Of a DNA stretch of 53,239 nt, positions 47,601 to 53,239 are shown piece by piece. The notes beneath the pieces were generated by a model. The model was not told where the DNA came from. It made no database searches and saw nothing but the letters and a program-made list of their open reading frames with translations. The DNA is from Octopus bimaculoides (Eukaryota), in contig NC_068986.1 in assembly GCF_001194135.2 (NCBI RefSeq), positions 39,065,942 through 39,119,180 of the forward strand, in the 5' to 3' direction. The position numbers and the translations under genes were made by a program. Within the stretch, counting starts at the first letter, position 1, and every line of letters starts with the position of its first letter.

Positions 47601-49985
47601 GAAAAGGAGTGGTGGCTACCGATGCAAGTGAGGCAATGACGAGTAAACATGTTATGCACATATTCTCAAATTTACCAAAAGAAATACGAGTAGAAACGGA
47701 CATAATTTTCAACAAATGGTTTTATACAAAGGATTCTGTTAAAAGAATGAAACAGATATTAACGAAATACATGAGCAGTTTACTGTTCAAGAATTTTTTC
47801 CCCTTCCAAATATTTCCAAAGGCAAAATCTTTACAGAACAGGACAAGAGAGAGGAAAAAAATATCCAAAATTGTACTTAAAAACCATAACACTAAAAATA
47901 TTATTTTTAACAAATCGATTTAAATGTAATTCAATTCATTGATTTTAAATAAAATAGAATAACCATTACTGAACTTAAGACTTCACCTTTTCAAAATATG
48001 TATATATAAAAAAAAAAAATGCAGACGCACACACACATTAACAGCTAACGTTTTCTTACAAGATAAAAGTTAATTCCTTATTCCCAAGTATCATGTTAAA
48101 ATATCTTAACCCAAAATATATCACCTAATTCAAACCAAACATCTTTAAAAATCGGCTGATCCTGAAATATAACCGGTATTTTAACATAAACAATTTGTAT
48201 CTAAGAGAACGTAGTCACACTACAAGTAGCGGTTCACTATATAATTTATAATATATATATATATATAATAAAGTCACAAAATGTCTGGTTTAGTAAGGAG
48301 CCTTATCTTAATCTACTAATTCACCATCTTACAAGCATAGAAAATATTCTATATTTTCAATTCGTCAGAACTCTTTCACGCAGATTGATACTATTTAGAT
48401 TATGAATATATTTATATACATACTAAATATGTGCTCTAAGCATATGTGTGTGTACATGCATAACACAAACAAGAAAATGTACACGAAAAAAAATTCTTTA
48501 ACAATGTAGAGAAATAATGAGGGGAAAACAAGAGACGACAACTCTTGATGAAGAAACGGAAAGGACATTTTTCAGAGAAATTCGTAAATACTTCGTAATT
48601 CTATGAATTAGCAAGTTTAAATTAATAATTTTCCTATCATGCATCTTTGTATATTGATTTCTTCTGGATTCATTCTTCCCCTGGGATTATTAAAAAAGTG
48701 GAGTAAAAAATAAAATGAAATTCTCCTTTTAAGTAGTAAATAGTGTGTTGGTATTTTTACTTGTTAACCGTTCAACGAGTGAATTGTTTTACATTTTCAT
48801 TTTACAAGGTGGGTTACTTTGCCGACAAACTGCGTCAATATTTGAAAATTTAGCCACAAATACGGTCGGCTCGGAAATATGAGAAAAAACTATGCATCCC
48901 TCTTGTAACTAAAACTTTTAAAAAGAAAAACCAGCAAATAAATTCTTCTTCACTTAAAAGTTATAAAAAATATTGATCAATTCCTTATGAAATATACAAA
49001 ATATATTTTAAATTGACTCAGTTAAATATTACGTGGAGAAATAGGAATTATATATTTAATGGATATTACTAATGAATATTTATGTTAAGTTGTATATACA
49101 AATTACAAGTTGAGTTGATTAATGAAAAAGTATAAAATTGTGAATGATGTCTTCAACGTTAAATTTTACAAATTTTAGACATAAGAAATTATGATTTATA
49201 TATGAAAAACACACGTTACAAATAGAATTATTTGGGGGTAAAATGACATAGATAAGTAAATAATTACCAAGAAGTGCTGCGAACAAACAGAATCGACTAG
49301 GATGAAGATTAAGACACTTGGCTATGTCGTCCATAATGTATTCCTTAGTTTCTAAAGAACCTTTATAGGTAAGTTTCAAGTTATTCGAAGAGAAATAGCG
49401 AGGTGGGTCAAATATAGCATACACGGAATCCTGGGCAATGATTCCTTGCAATCCATGTTCTCGGCAGTATCCGATTACTTCTTGGTGATGATCGTCCATA
49501 GAACACGCGACAGATACATTTAATTGACGAAGGGCCATCCGAAGGGCACTTCGTAAAAAAACGGGTGGGGTCCACCATACCTTTGGCGGCGGTGTACCTT
49601 TGTTGTTCACGTGCTTGGTGACTAGATTTGCTTTTTTCCTTTGATTCTGTTGTTCAGCTGACCATTCATTTAAACTTTGACTTTCAAGAGCACCGTTGAA
49701 GAAAACAACCAGCTCCATGTTGGCACTGTGGCAAGCCTGAACAAGACTTGTTAGAAAATACATCATGCGGTTCCATTGACCACCGCATACCCAGTCAGAG
49801 AAGTAACCACCGTAAAGCCGATCCAAACAACTTTCAGCATCCACCACCAAATAAAAGTGACCAGAATCGTTGAATTTATAACGTCGTTTCGGTACAAATC
49901 CACGTGATATCTTCAGTAAATCCACCGAAACACATGCACTTGAGCAATGTGTTTCCAGAAATTCTTGTAAAGCCTTGATACCCAT
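10331..49985 (-). CDS. FAM120A: FAM120A-like protein (constitutive coactivator of PPAR-gamma-like protein 1 / OSSA homolog), 17 coding exons, 1001 aa
   Basis: Exons in transcript order: 49268-49985, 29093-29175, 27661-27755, 23682-23791, 22478-22542, 20355-20445, 19649-19695, 18807-18953, 18543-18699, 17553-17817, 16609-16717, 14936-15142, 14303-14531, 13464-13611, 12573-12660, 11382-11539, 10331-10619. They sum to 3006 nt, all introns are GT-AG and phases match. Recognised FAM120 motifs: GGQW, KGTPPPKVW, FAALLGNHILPDEDL, DKNRRLRAFL, PWLYFDGKLF, GGQLEIAGVVVGSW. Confidence 0.95.
10696..10874. mobile_element. Tc1/mariner-type MITE, 30-bp TIRs, TA target duplication
   Basis: TA|TTGGGTTGTCCGGAAAGTTTGTGCCGATTT ... 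AAATCGGCACGAACTTTCTGGACAACCCAA|TA. Confidence 0.9.
11382..11539 (-). CDS. FAM120A: FAM120A exon 16 (Arg/Gly/Pro-rich)
   Basis: NEARFSRGRGFRPPTRRPLRARPRPG...VEISG-E|GTAAGT; phase 0 to 2. Confidence 0.88.
11926..12130. mobile_element. piggyBac-type MITE (TTAA...TTAA), contains a small gap
   Basis: TTAACCCTTTTGTTA ... GGTATCAAAAGGTTAA; ends match the piggyBac at 20660-22179. Confidence 0.8.
12152..12547 (+). mobile_element. tRNA-derived CORE-like SINE with internal TA microsatellite and GTAAAAGAATAAAAGA tail
   Basis: B-box GGTTCAGTTCC, core GGTACCTTAGGCAAGTG, tail GTGCTCCAGCATGGCCACAGTC. Confidence 0.85.
12573..12660 (-). CDS. FAM120A: FAM120A exon 15
   Basis: TTTTGCAG|VSRNVASNRAIRGKASAALYGMGRGLRPS|GTAAGA; phase 2 to 0. 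Confidence 0.85.
13278..13343. mobile_element. Miniature TTAA-flanked piggyBac-like remnant
   Basis: TTAA|CCC...GGG|TTAA spanning only 66 bp. Confidence 0.4.
13464..13611 (-). CDS. FAM120A: FAM120A exon 14
   Basis: RSPVDARGGQLEIAGVVVGSWG...PQVMSVGGPGK-R|GTACTG. Confidence 0.93.
14303..14531 (-). CDS. FAM120A: FAM120A exon 13
   Basis: VDQVLKVERMRQAILEGL...KGRGRGIL-G|GTAAGT. Confidence 0.92.
14936..15142 (-). CDS. FAM120A: FAM120A exon 12
   Basis: LPSISNRGVHLASLFMAG...CCPWLYFDGKLFHFKL...CDGQ|GTAAGA. Confidence 0.95.
15249..15314 (-). other. Candidate poison cassette exon (29-nt or 66-nt form)
   Basis: Acceptor TTTTTTCCTCTCACAG; donors CAG|GTATAC (exon end 15286) or CAA|GTAAGC (exon end 15249); both forms create a premature stop. 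Confidence 0.35.
15391..15817. mobile_element. Foldback/MITE with ~95-bp TIRs, apparent TAGA target duplication and internal TTAGGG-like repeats
   Basis: GATGGACTATATGTAA..GAACCTC..ACGGAATCCCAC..AGGCTATGG.GATTCCGATTCTGAAAAA mirrored at 15727-15817; centre partly N. Confidence 0.85.
16609..16717 (-). CDS. FAM120A: FAM120A exon 11
   Basis: YILQNGRILQRQELDAFLAMAVSPLLHDIQIMQDLK|GTATGT. Confidence 0.94.
17111..17435 (+). mobile_element. CORE-like SINE, degenerate copy of the 12152 family
   Basis: GTGTGGTTAAGAAGCTT...GGCACCTTGGGC...CCAGCATG...ACAAGTAAAAAATAAA. Confidence 0.75.
17553..17817 (-). CDS. FAM120A: FAM120A exon 10
   Basis: VKEWVV...LWLGQQADDKNRRLRAFLTCLKSDTPLMLN...CCVH-R|GTACTT. Confidence 0.94.
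18543..18699 (-). CDS. FAM120A: FAM120A exon 9
   Basis: GEVKLEVCLEED...LYRPVRQTLYSVLFNL...KDK-G|GTAAGC. Confidence 0.93.
18807..18953 (-). CDS. FAM120A: FAM120A exon 8
   Basis: NLNKC...LPQISPEIMRIASERHQKGLMSPWVYQLLSQ|GTAAAT. Confidence 0.93.
19059..19190 (+). mobile_element. Fragment of a second TTAA MITE family
   Basis: TTAACTCATTAGCATTCAGATTACTGTCAAAT, nearly identical to the start of 25656. Confidence 0.65.
19649..19695 (-). CDS. FAM120A: FAM120A exon 7
   Basis: TTTCAG|(G)DSKRNDDTWTQKFPQ|GTAATG; phase 1 to 0. Confidence 0.75.
19744..19770 (-). CDS. FAM120A: Candidate 27-nt in-frame microexon (GDSFVWEIG)
   Basis: TTTCAG|GTGACTCCTTTGTATGGGAAATTGGAG|GTATGT; phase 1 to 1, but only 48 nt from exon 7. 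Confidence 0.4.
20355..20445 (-). CDS. FAM120A: FAM120A exon 6
   Basis: CTTCAG|ETSGYVDNANPQIVVDPPNQNMHDFDANQS-G|GTATGT; phase 0 to 1. Confidence 0.8.
20660..22179 (+). mobile_element. Internally deleted piggyBac (PGBD4-like transposase pseudogene)
   Basis: Acidic N-terminal piece ~20985-21075; SVDESMVGHKGR..QYMPGKPTKW, FFDQFF, YMGGVDWPNQ; right end AAAAGGGTTAA at 22169-22179; degenerate left end at 20660. Confidence 0.88.
22478..22542 (-). CDS. FAM120A: FAM120A exon 5
   Basis: CTTTAG|(I)NGLPQQTGSYLQNGQNKSDTS|GTAAGT; phase 1 to 0; low conservation, supported by splice sites and phase. Confidence 0.8.
22718..23010 (+). mobile_element. tRNA-derived SINE
   Basis: GTAGCTCAGTGGTTAGG A-box and TTCTTGAGCAAAGCA core. 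Confidence 0.75.
23682..23791 (-). CDS. FAM120A: FAM120A exon 4
   Basis: TTTTCAG|DSVKNKQELITKLKQSVQYYLNGTQDGFLKYKPRVK|GTGAGT; phase 2 to 1. Confidence 0.9.
24131..24328 (-). mobile_element. RTE/SINE 3' tail fragment
   Basis: Reverse complement of the 173-559 tail, ending in (GAT)n. Confidence 0.8.
24985..25053 (-). mobile_element. LINE/SINE-type 3' tail with (TAAA)n end (part of the chimera)
   Basis: GGTGCTCCAGCATGACCACAGCCA...CTCAAAC resembles the SINE tail at 12491-12547. Confidence 0.75.
25054..25095 (-). tRNA. 3' half of tRNA-Glu(UUC) ending in CC (retrocopy, part of the chimera, non-functional)
   Basis: TTTCACCCAGGCGGCCTGGGTTCGATTCCCGGCATGGGAA-CC: anticodon loop, variable loop, intact T-arm, acceptor 3' strand, discriminator A. 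Confidence 0.88.
25100..25122 (-). ncRNA. RNU6: U6 snRNA 3'-terminal fragment (retrocopy, part of the chimera)
   Basis: GCAAATTCGTGAAGCGTTCCATA followed by a T run matches the invariant U6 3' end. Confidence 0.88.
25656..25862 (+). mobile_element. TTAA MITE (second family), right end truncated by the adjacent SINE tail
   Basis: TTAACCCTTTAGCATTCAGATTACTGTCAAAT. Confidence 0.7.
25863..26050 (-). mobile_element. RTE/SINE 3' tail fragment
   Basis: Highly similar to 24131-24328. Confidence 0.8.
26330..26389. repeat. (TA)n(CA)n microsatellite abutting an assembly gap
   Basis: Visible directly. Confidence 0.9.
26588..26629. repeat. Perfect 20-bp inverted repeat with 2-nt spacer
   Basis: TATAGAAACACTGATGCATA-AA-TATGCATCAGTGTTTCTATA. 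Confidence 0.95.
27661..27755 (-). CDS. FAM120A: FAM120A exon 3
   Basis: CGTAG|LTPEKVIKAVVDFVRKLPSVENLDVIGEEIF-K|GTAAGT. Confidence 0.92.
28644..28714 (+). pseudogene. Degenerate tRNA-like relic (Asn/Ile-type D-arm) or isolated SINE head
   Basis: TGGCGTAATTGGTTAGCAC A-box, CTTAT/ATAAG stem with 7-nt loop, GGTTCAATTCC B-box; acceptor stem poor. Confidence 0.4.
28810..29020 (+). mobile_element. Nin/Deu-domain-like SINE
   Basis: GAGTTCAAATTCTGCC..GGTCAACTTTACCTTCATCC.TTTGGGGTCGATAAAATAAG; degenerate relatives near 31830-31980 (+) and 51390-51560 (-). Confidence 0.65.
29093..29175 (-). CDS. FAM120A: FAM120A exon 2
   Basis: TTTCAG|(G)NHILPDEDLVDFFKDEVYKATEGRPTK|GTGAAG. Confidence 0.93.
30590..30728. 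mobile_element. hAT-like MITE
   Basis: TAGGCATGGGTAACCT ... AGGTTGCACATGACTG imperfect TIRs; flanks GTGTACAC / GTACACAC match at 6 of 8. Confidence 0.45.
32320..32870 (+). mobile_element. Old RTE LINE 3' fragment
   Basis: Nucleotide similarity to 1900-2450 (GCAGTAGTTGATAG, GAAGGTAGATTG, GGAAGACTTGA). Confidence 0.7.
33470..33740 (-). mobile_element. tRNA-derived SINE
   Basis: CTTGCTCAAGGACAC core on the plus strand and a tRNA-like head near 33740. Confidence 0.7.
33830..34215 (+). mobile_element. Degenerate SINE with RTE-type tail
   Basis: TTCCCAACCACAT head and CCCATGCGAGCATGGAAAA tail. Confidence 0.65.
34575..34720. mobile_element. Fragment of the piggyBac MITE family
   Basis: TTGATACCAACCTGCCC..GACCACCC..GCTTCTATGATACAAAC matches the reverse complement of 12075-12125. 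Confidence 0.55.
34713..35381 (-). mobile_element. RTE LINE 3' end with tail
   Basis: Reverse-strand similarity to 1980-2920. Confidence 0.8.
35462..36275. mobile_element. BovB-like RTE LINE relic with inverted 5' part
   Basis: Plus 35860-36273: GISLLSIADKILARVLLN, MVFAARQLQEKCQEQ, QGCVFGPTLF; minus 35462-35850: DMFTYLGSTL..NIDDKVKAKLSKAS. Confidence 0.75.
36785..37210 (+). mobile_element. RTE LINE AP-endonuclease fragment, degenerate
   Basis: GEIV..IYCVQEVSWKGG...TGKEQQHKFWV..GGIGI, matching the APE N-terminus. Confidence 0.65.
38418..39135 (+). mobile_element. RTE LINE fragment (linker to RT N-terminus)
   Basis: NEENEWE..GP..IDSTLVDKAIKSMKTGKAPGPSG..AEMLK; YKGKGDALD.NNYR.IKLLDQVMK. Confidence 0.85.
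39491..40264 (+). mobile_element. Internally deleted maT (DD37D) Tc1/mariner element
   Basis: TA|CAGGGTGTTTGTACTAAATTTGAC ... GACAAATTTAACACCAAACATCTTG|TA; WQQD...IDY spaced by 37 residues after repairing one frameshift. Confidence 0.85.
41355..42030 (+). mobile_element. Cluster of SINE fragments, a (TG)n tract at 41603-41652 and a near full-length SINE at 41657-42030
   Basis: Repeated GAAACTGAAAGAAG core, GCTTCCCAACCACATGG head and GCATGGAGAA..ATGATGAT tail. Confidence 0.75.
43183..44060 (-). mobile_element. Young RTE LINE 3' fragment with open reading frame, spanning an N gap
   Basis: ORF 43311-44084: PHD-like Cys/His cluster, LEVVDSFRYL, ARIRIAWAKFREL..LL, RKTWAEVVRQDL; 3' UTR repeats. 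Confidence 0.9.
44195..44780 (-). mobile_element. Degenerate RTE-1-like LINE 3' fragment (different family)
   Basis: TWPVNRVEYRLVMMQRAMETSLLGISL resembles the RTE post-RT motif QRAMERxMLGIS. Confidence 0.65.
44900..45300 (+). mobile_element. Degenerate non-LTR retrotransposon C-terminal fragment
   Basis: LWQPSISELTKQAFFSACVESIL..GD.T.TM..ELDG resembles the F.ACVESxLLYG.ETW motif. Confidence 0.5.
45351..45485. mobile_element. 135-bp MITE with 17-bp TIRs next to a (TA)n tract
   Basis: GGCGATCCTTCAGTATT ... AATACTGAAGGACTGCC, 15 of 17 complementary. Confidence 0.7.
47110..47200. mobile_element. Old SINE remnant
   Basis: GGAGCAATTTCCCTGTTTCATGGCACTAAGTGG..CTCCCCCTGGATAGGGCACCAGTCCAT resembles invertebrate SINE body sequences (recognised from memory). 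Confidence 0.4.
49268..49985 (-). CDS. FAM120A: FAM120A exon 1 (PIN/XPG-like domain), phase 1 end
   Basis: MGIKALQEFLETHC...FAALL-G; donor G|GTAATT. Confidence 0.95.
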
Positions 49986-50097
49986 TTTTTAAAAATTCCC
50001 TATTCTATATCCTCTCGGCTTTGGTTTAGCCCTAGGCAGGATGTATAATGATTTGATTTCTTCTAACCCCTTCAATACTGCTTAATCTACCGGTTAA

Positions 50098-50330
50098 CTC
50101 ATGAAGATAAGAAAATAAAGAAAAGAAAGAGACTGCAGGCACGTTATCACCATCTATATGGCTACCATGTGCACCCTCTTATCTTCTTCCCTTCCTTCTC
50201 ACCGGACACAGCAACGGTGGCGCTAGTCTCACAGATGCCCGGATGAACAACATCCCATAATTGTCATGACAGTAGTAGCGAATCATTACTAACATCCGGG
50301 CTACACACCGGAAGTATTTGCCAATAAATT
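50098..50330 (-). promoter_or_regulatory. FAM120A promoter / 5' UTR with ETS-type motifs, CCAAT and a probable 105-nt 5' UTR intron (50098-50202)
   Basis: CCGGATG 50239-50245, CATCCGG 50293-50299, CCGGAAGT 50308-50315, CCAAT 50321-50325; donor CCG|GTGAGA and a pyrimidine-rich acceptor. Confidence 0.6.
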
Positions 50331-52118
50331 AAAAGCTATTCTATTTTCAACACTTTTCTTATACGAAAATATTCTCACTTTAAAAAAGATTTCTTAATAT
50401 ATATATATATATATATACCCATCAAAAATAAACAATTAAATGATATTTATCCAAAATATTTTTTAATCTTAATATTCCAAATGTTTTTATTTTTCTATAG
50501 TAAATGCGTATTTAATGTTTTGATTTGTACGTTTTTTTGTTTTGTTTTTTAAAAATAATATACTTGGAAGTAAAACAATGTAATTTATTTTTCCCCGAAC
50601 CGAATTCTTTTTATGAAGTTTTTATTTTCCCGTTATTATTAAATTGATTTCATATTAAAAAATGGAAAAAAAATATTTCTAGTAATGTCAAACTAACTGA
50701 AAGTAGAAATTTCATTAACAGTTTTTATTGCTTAAAATTACCATAAATAAGATATAAATTCTTTTAAAAGTTGTCCAGCGGACGCTTTATTTATGAATGT
50801 GGTTTGCAATAAGACATGGTAAAAGGGCAGTCTTATAATTAGACTCTGTAACAAATGCATGAATTAGAAAAGAAAAAAAAAATAGAGAAATGGACGAAAC
50901 AGAACACAATTGAAAAAGATTACAAAACAATAAACAAATTATTTCATAGAAGTTGCTTATTTACTTCGAAATAATTGAGATCGTAACATGTTCGTTGTAA
51001 TTATAACTGATTTATTTTGTCATTTTTCGCTAATATACAATAAATATATAATTATACTTTTGGAAAGTATTTTGAATTAATTTATGCATACAAAACAAAT
51101 ATCTTAATTGAAACAGAATGACATTTAAAATGGTAAGAAGGGCAGATCAGATTTTCCCAGATTTATTATCAGGTTATAATACCTGTTGGAACTATCAATT
51201 ATTTTTTCACCCACTACTTTCTTTTCCATTTATTTTTTACAAACATTTTTTCCTGCGAATTTACATCTTATAAGAAAGTTGTATATTGATTATTAGTAAA
51301 ATAGTGTTTATATATGATGGGCGAACGAGTTTTCTTGTCAGATATATTTAAAGGTTACAGAAATAAAGACTTCTTTTGAAGATAGAAGGTCACAATTTGC
51401 TGTGAATGCATATAGTCTACTGAATTAACCTTCAACTGAGCATTAAAATATTTTCTTATTCACCCTATAAGGATGAAAGGTAACGTTCACCCAGGTAAGA
51501 TTTCTATCTCAAGAACCGATAAATGCTAAATAATGTATCAGGCTTTGGATTGATACTCTACTGATGCGTGTTGAGTGATCATTCTAAAAAGCGAGGTAGT
51601 AATAGTTAACTGTTTACTTTTCAAACATAAAGCAATCGTCATAATCTTGTACACTATTGAGAGGAATGAAACTAATGCTACAGAGAGGGATAAAATCAAA
51701 AGATATAGTTAAAGAGGGAGCCTCTGTATGGTCATTCAAACCTACTAGAAAAGGCAACCAAATCTCCCTCAAATGTTATTCATTTGTCTTGCAAAAGGAT
51801 AATGTAATTTTAGAAACACTATGTTAAGAGAAAAAAATAGCATTGAAAAGTACCAGCTGGTTCAGGGTAAAATAACTAAAGAACATGTCATAAAACATAA
51901 TGACTTTTTAATAGACTAATTTCTGAGCCAACCATATAAATTTGAGGCAAGCAGCATCTTAATATGTTTTATCTAAAGAATAAAATGTAATACCAGCAAC
52001 TATATATGTGATCTTGAGCAAAGAGCAGGCAGTCTAATTCAATACTAGATATTCTTCAGTCTTTAAGTCAAAAACTATTAAAAAAATATTAATATAAAAA
52101 AGATTTAAAAGAAGAAAA

Positions 52119-52690
52119 TCATCATCGTCATCATAATTTTACATCTGCTTTTGTAGACTAATGAGTTGAATAGGTGTGCTCCATCAGAACATTTTGCTAT
52201 TTGTCATCTCCATTATGATGTTCAGCATCCTGAAATCAGCTTTTACCGTATCTTAGATTTTTTTTCATAAGAAGGTCCTGTTTACTCAGGTCACTTAACC
52301 TGTCTTCACCCAATTGTCATACTTTGTGCGCATTACATGTATCAGTCATCTCTCTCATGCAACTAGGCTGATTCTTGCAATATCCATTTTCTCTCTCAGT
52401 TCACCTGCGCTCTGTTCATCATGCACATAGACACTACGTATCAAATACAGCATGCTCATCTCATTTCTTTCCAGCCTTTGTACATACTCTGCATTCAGTT
52501 ATCATGTATTCCAACCATGCAACTTCACATATTTCACACATGATCATATAATTTGCTCTTTCCTGAAAGAGAGAGAAGTCCTTTGTTGCCAATATGAATA
52601 ATAGTTTCCTGAAATGTTTCCAACTCATTCTAATTCTGGCTACATTGCTTTTGGAACATCCTGTTCCACTGCTGATTAGGTCATTCTAAA
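52119..52690 (-). mobile_element. Old RTE LINE 3' end with (GAT)n tail
   Basis: Reverse similarity to 1960-2450; CATCATCGTCATCAT tail. Confidence 0.7.
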
Positions 52691-52939
52691 CAAACCTTCT
52701 GGGAAAGATTGCCTCTCACAAACACTCCTAGTAATAACTACTTCAGTACATGTTTTATGGTGTTCTTCTTTTCAATCAGCTTGCCTCAGATTCCACTGCA
52801 TCTTTTTGTGTACCCCACTTAACAATGGGTACAAAGAGCAAAGTTCTTAGCTACTCCTTTTCTGCTTAGCAAGCAGAGTTCTATATTCCTTGTGTGGTGT
52901 TATGGGCTGTGATGAGCTGTGTGTTGTTGGTGGAGAGAG

Positions 52940-53110
52940 GTGAGGCAAACAGAAGTGAAGCCAGACCGGAAGGGTCAGACCGGAAGTCAGACACATGCGG
53001 TCGAAGGCCAGCACGTGCGTCAGTCAGAAAACAGAGAGGTTACGAGAAAGACGTGTTTTGATCAGGAGCGATTGTGTACTCCGCTGCAGTCGACAAGATA
53101 AGGTCCAACG
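52940..53110 (+). promoter_or_regulatory. Promoter-like island, probably the start of a divergent gene
   Basis: Tandem CAGACCGGAAG at 52962-52972 and 52976-52986, CACGTG 53012-53017, TGCGTCA 53016-53022; locally GC/CpG-rich; strand inferred. Confidence 0.5.
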
Positions 53111-53239
53111 TTTCATTCTGTCCTTTTGCTTCTTGTTGTCTTTTTCCTCCATCACACCACAAGCTATTTCGGCCCATAAAAAAAAAAAAAAAAATTATGA
53201 GTGTAGTCCGGATTTCTAGTGATATCATTAAACCATTTT

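Overview
AT-rich, gapped animal genomic DNA. The repeat content points to an octopod cephalopod: tRNA-derived SINEs with (GAT)n/(AAG)-type tails, RTE LINEs and TTAA MITEs. The window holds one complete protein-coding gene, a FAM120A-like gene (PIN/XPG-like N-terminus, RG-rich C-terminus) on the minus strand. I reconstructed 17 coding exons by hand (49985 to 10331; 3006 nt, 1001 aa), with every intron GT-AG and all phases consistent. The gene also has several candidate alternative exons (a microexon and poison-type cassettes), a probable ~5 kb repeat-free 3' UTR and an ETS-rich promoter. A second ETS/E-box promoter at ~53.0 kb probably starts a divergent gene. Introns and flanks carry RTE LINE fragments, SINEs, a deleted piggyBac with related MITEs, a DD37D (maT) element, a mariner MITE, a foldback element and tRNA relics. 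The most unusual object is an intronic retrocopy at ~25.0-25.1 kb. It joins the U6 snRNA 3' end, the 3' half of tRNA-Glu(UUC) ending in CC, and a LINE/SINE 3' tail, which looks like a fossil of serial RNA ligation followed by retrotransposition. All calls were made by eye and no database searches were run.
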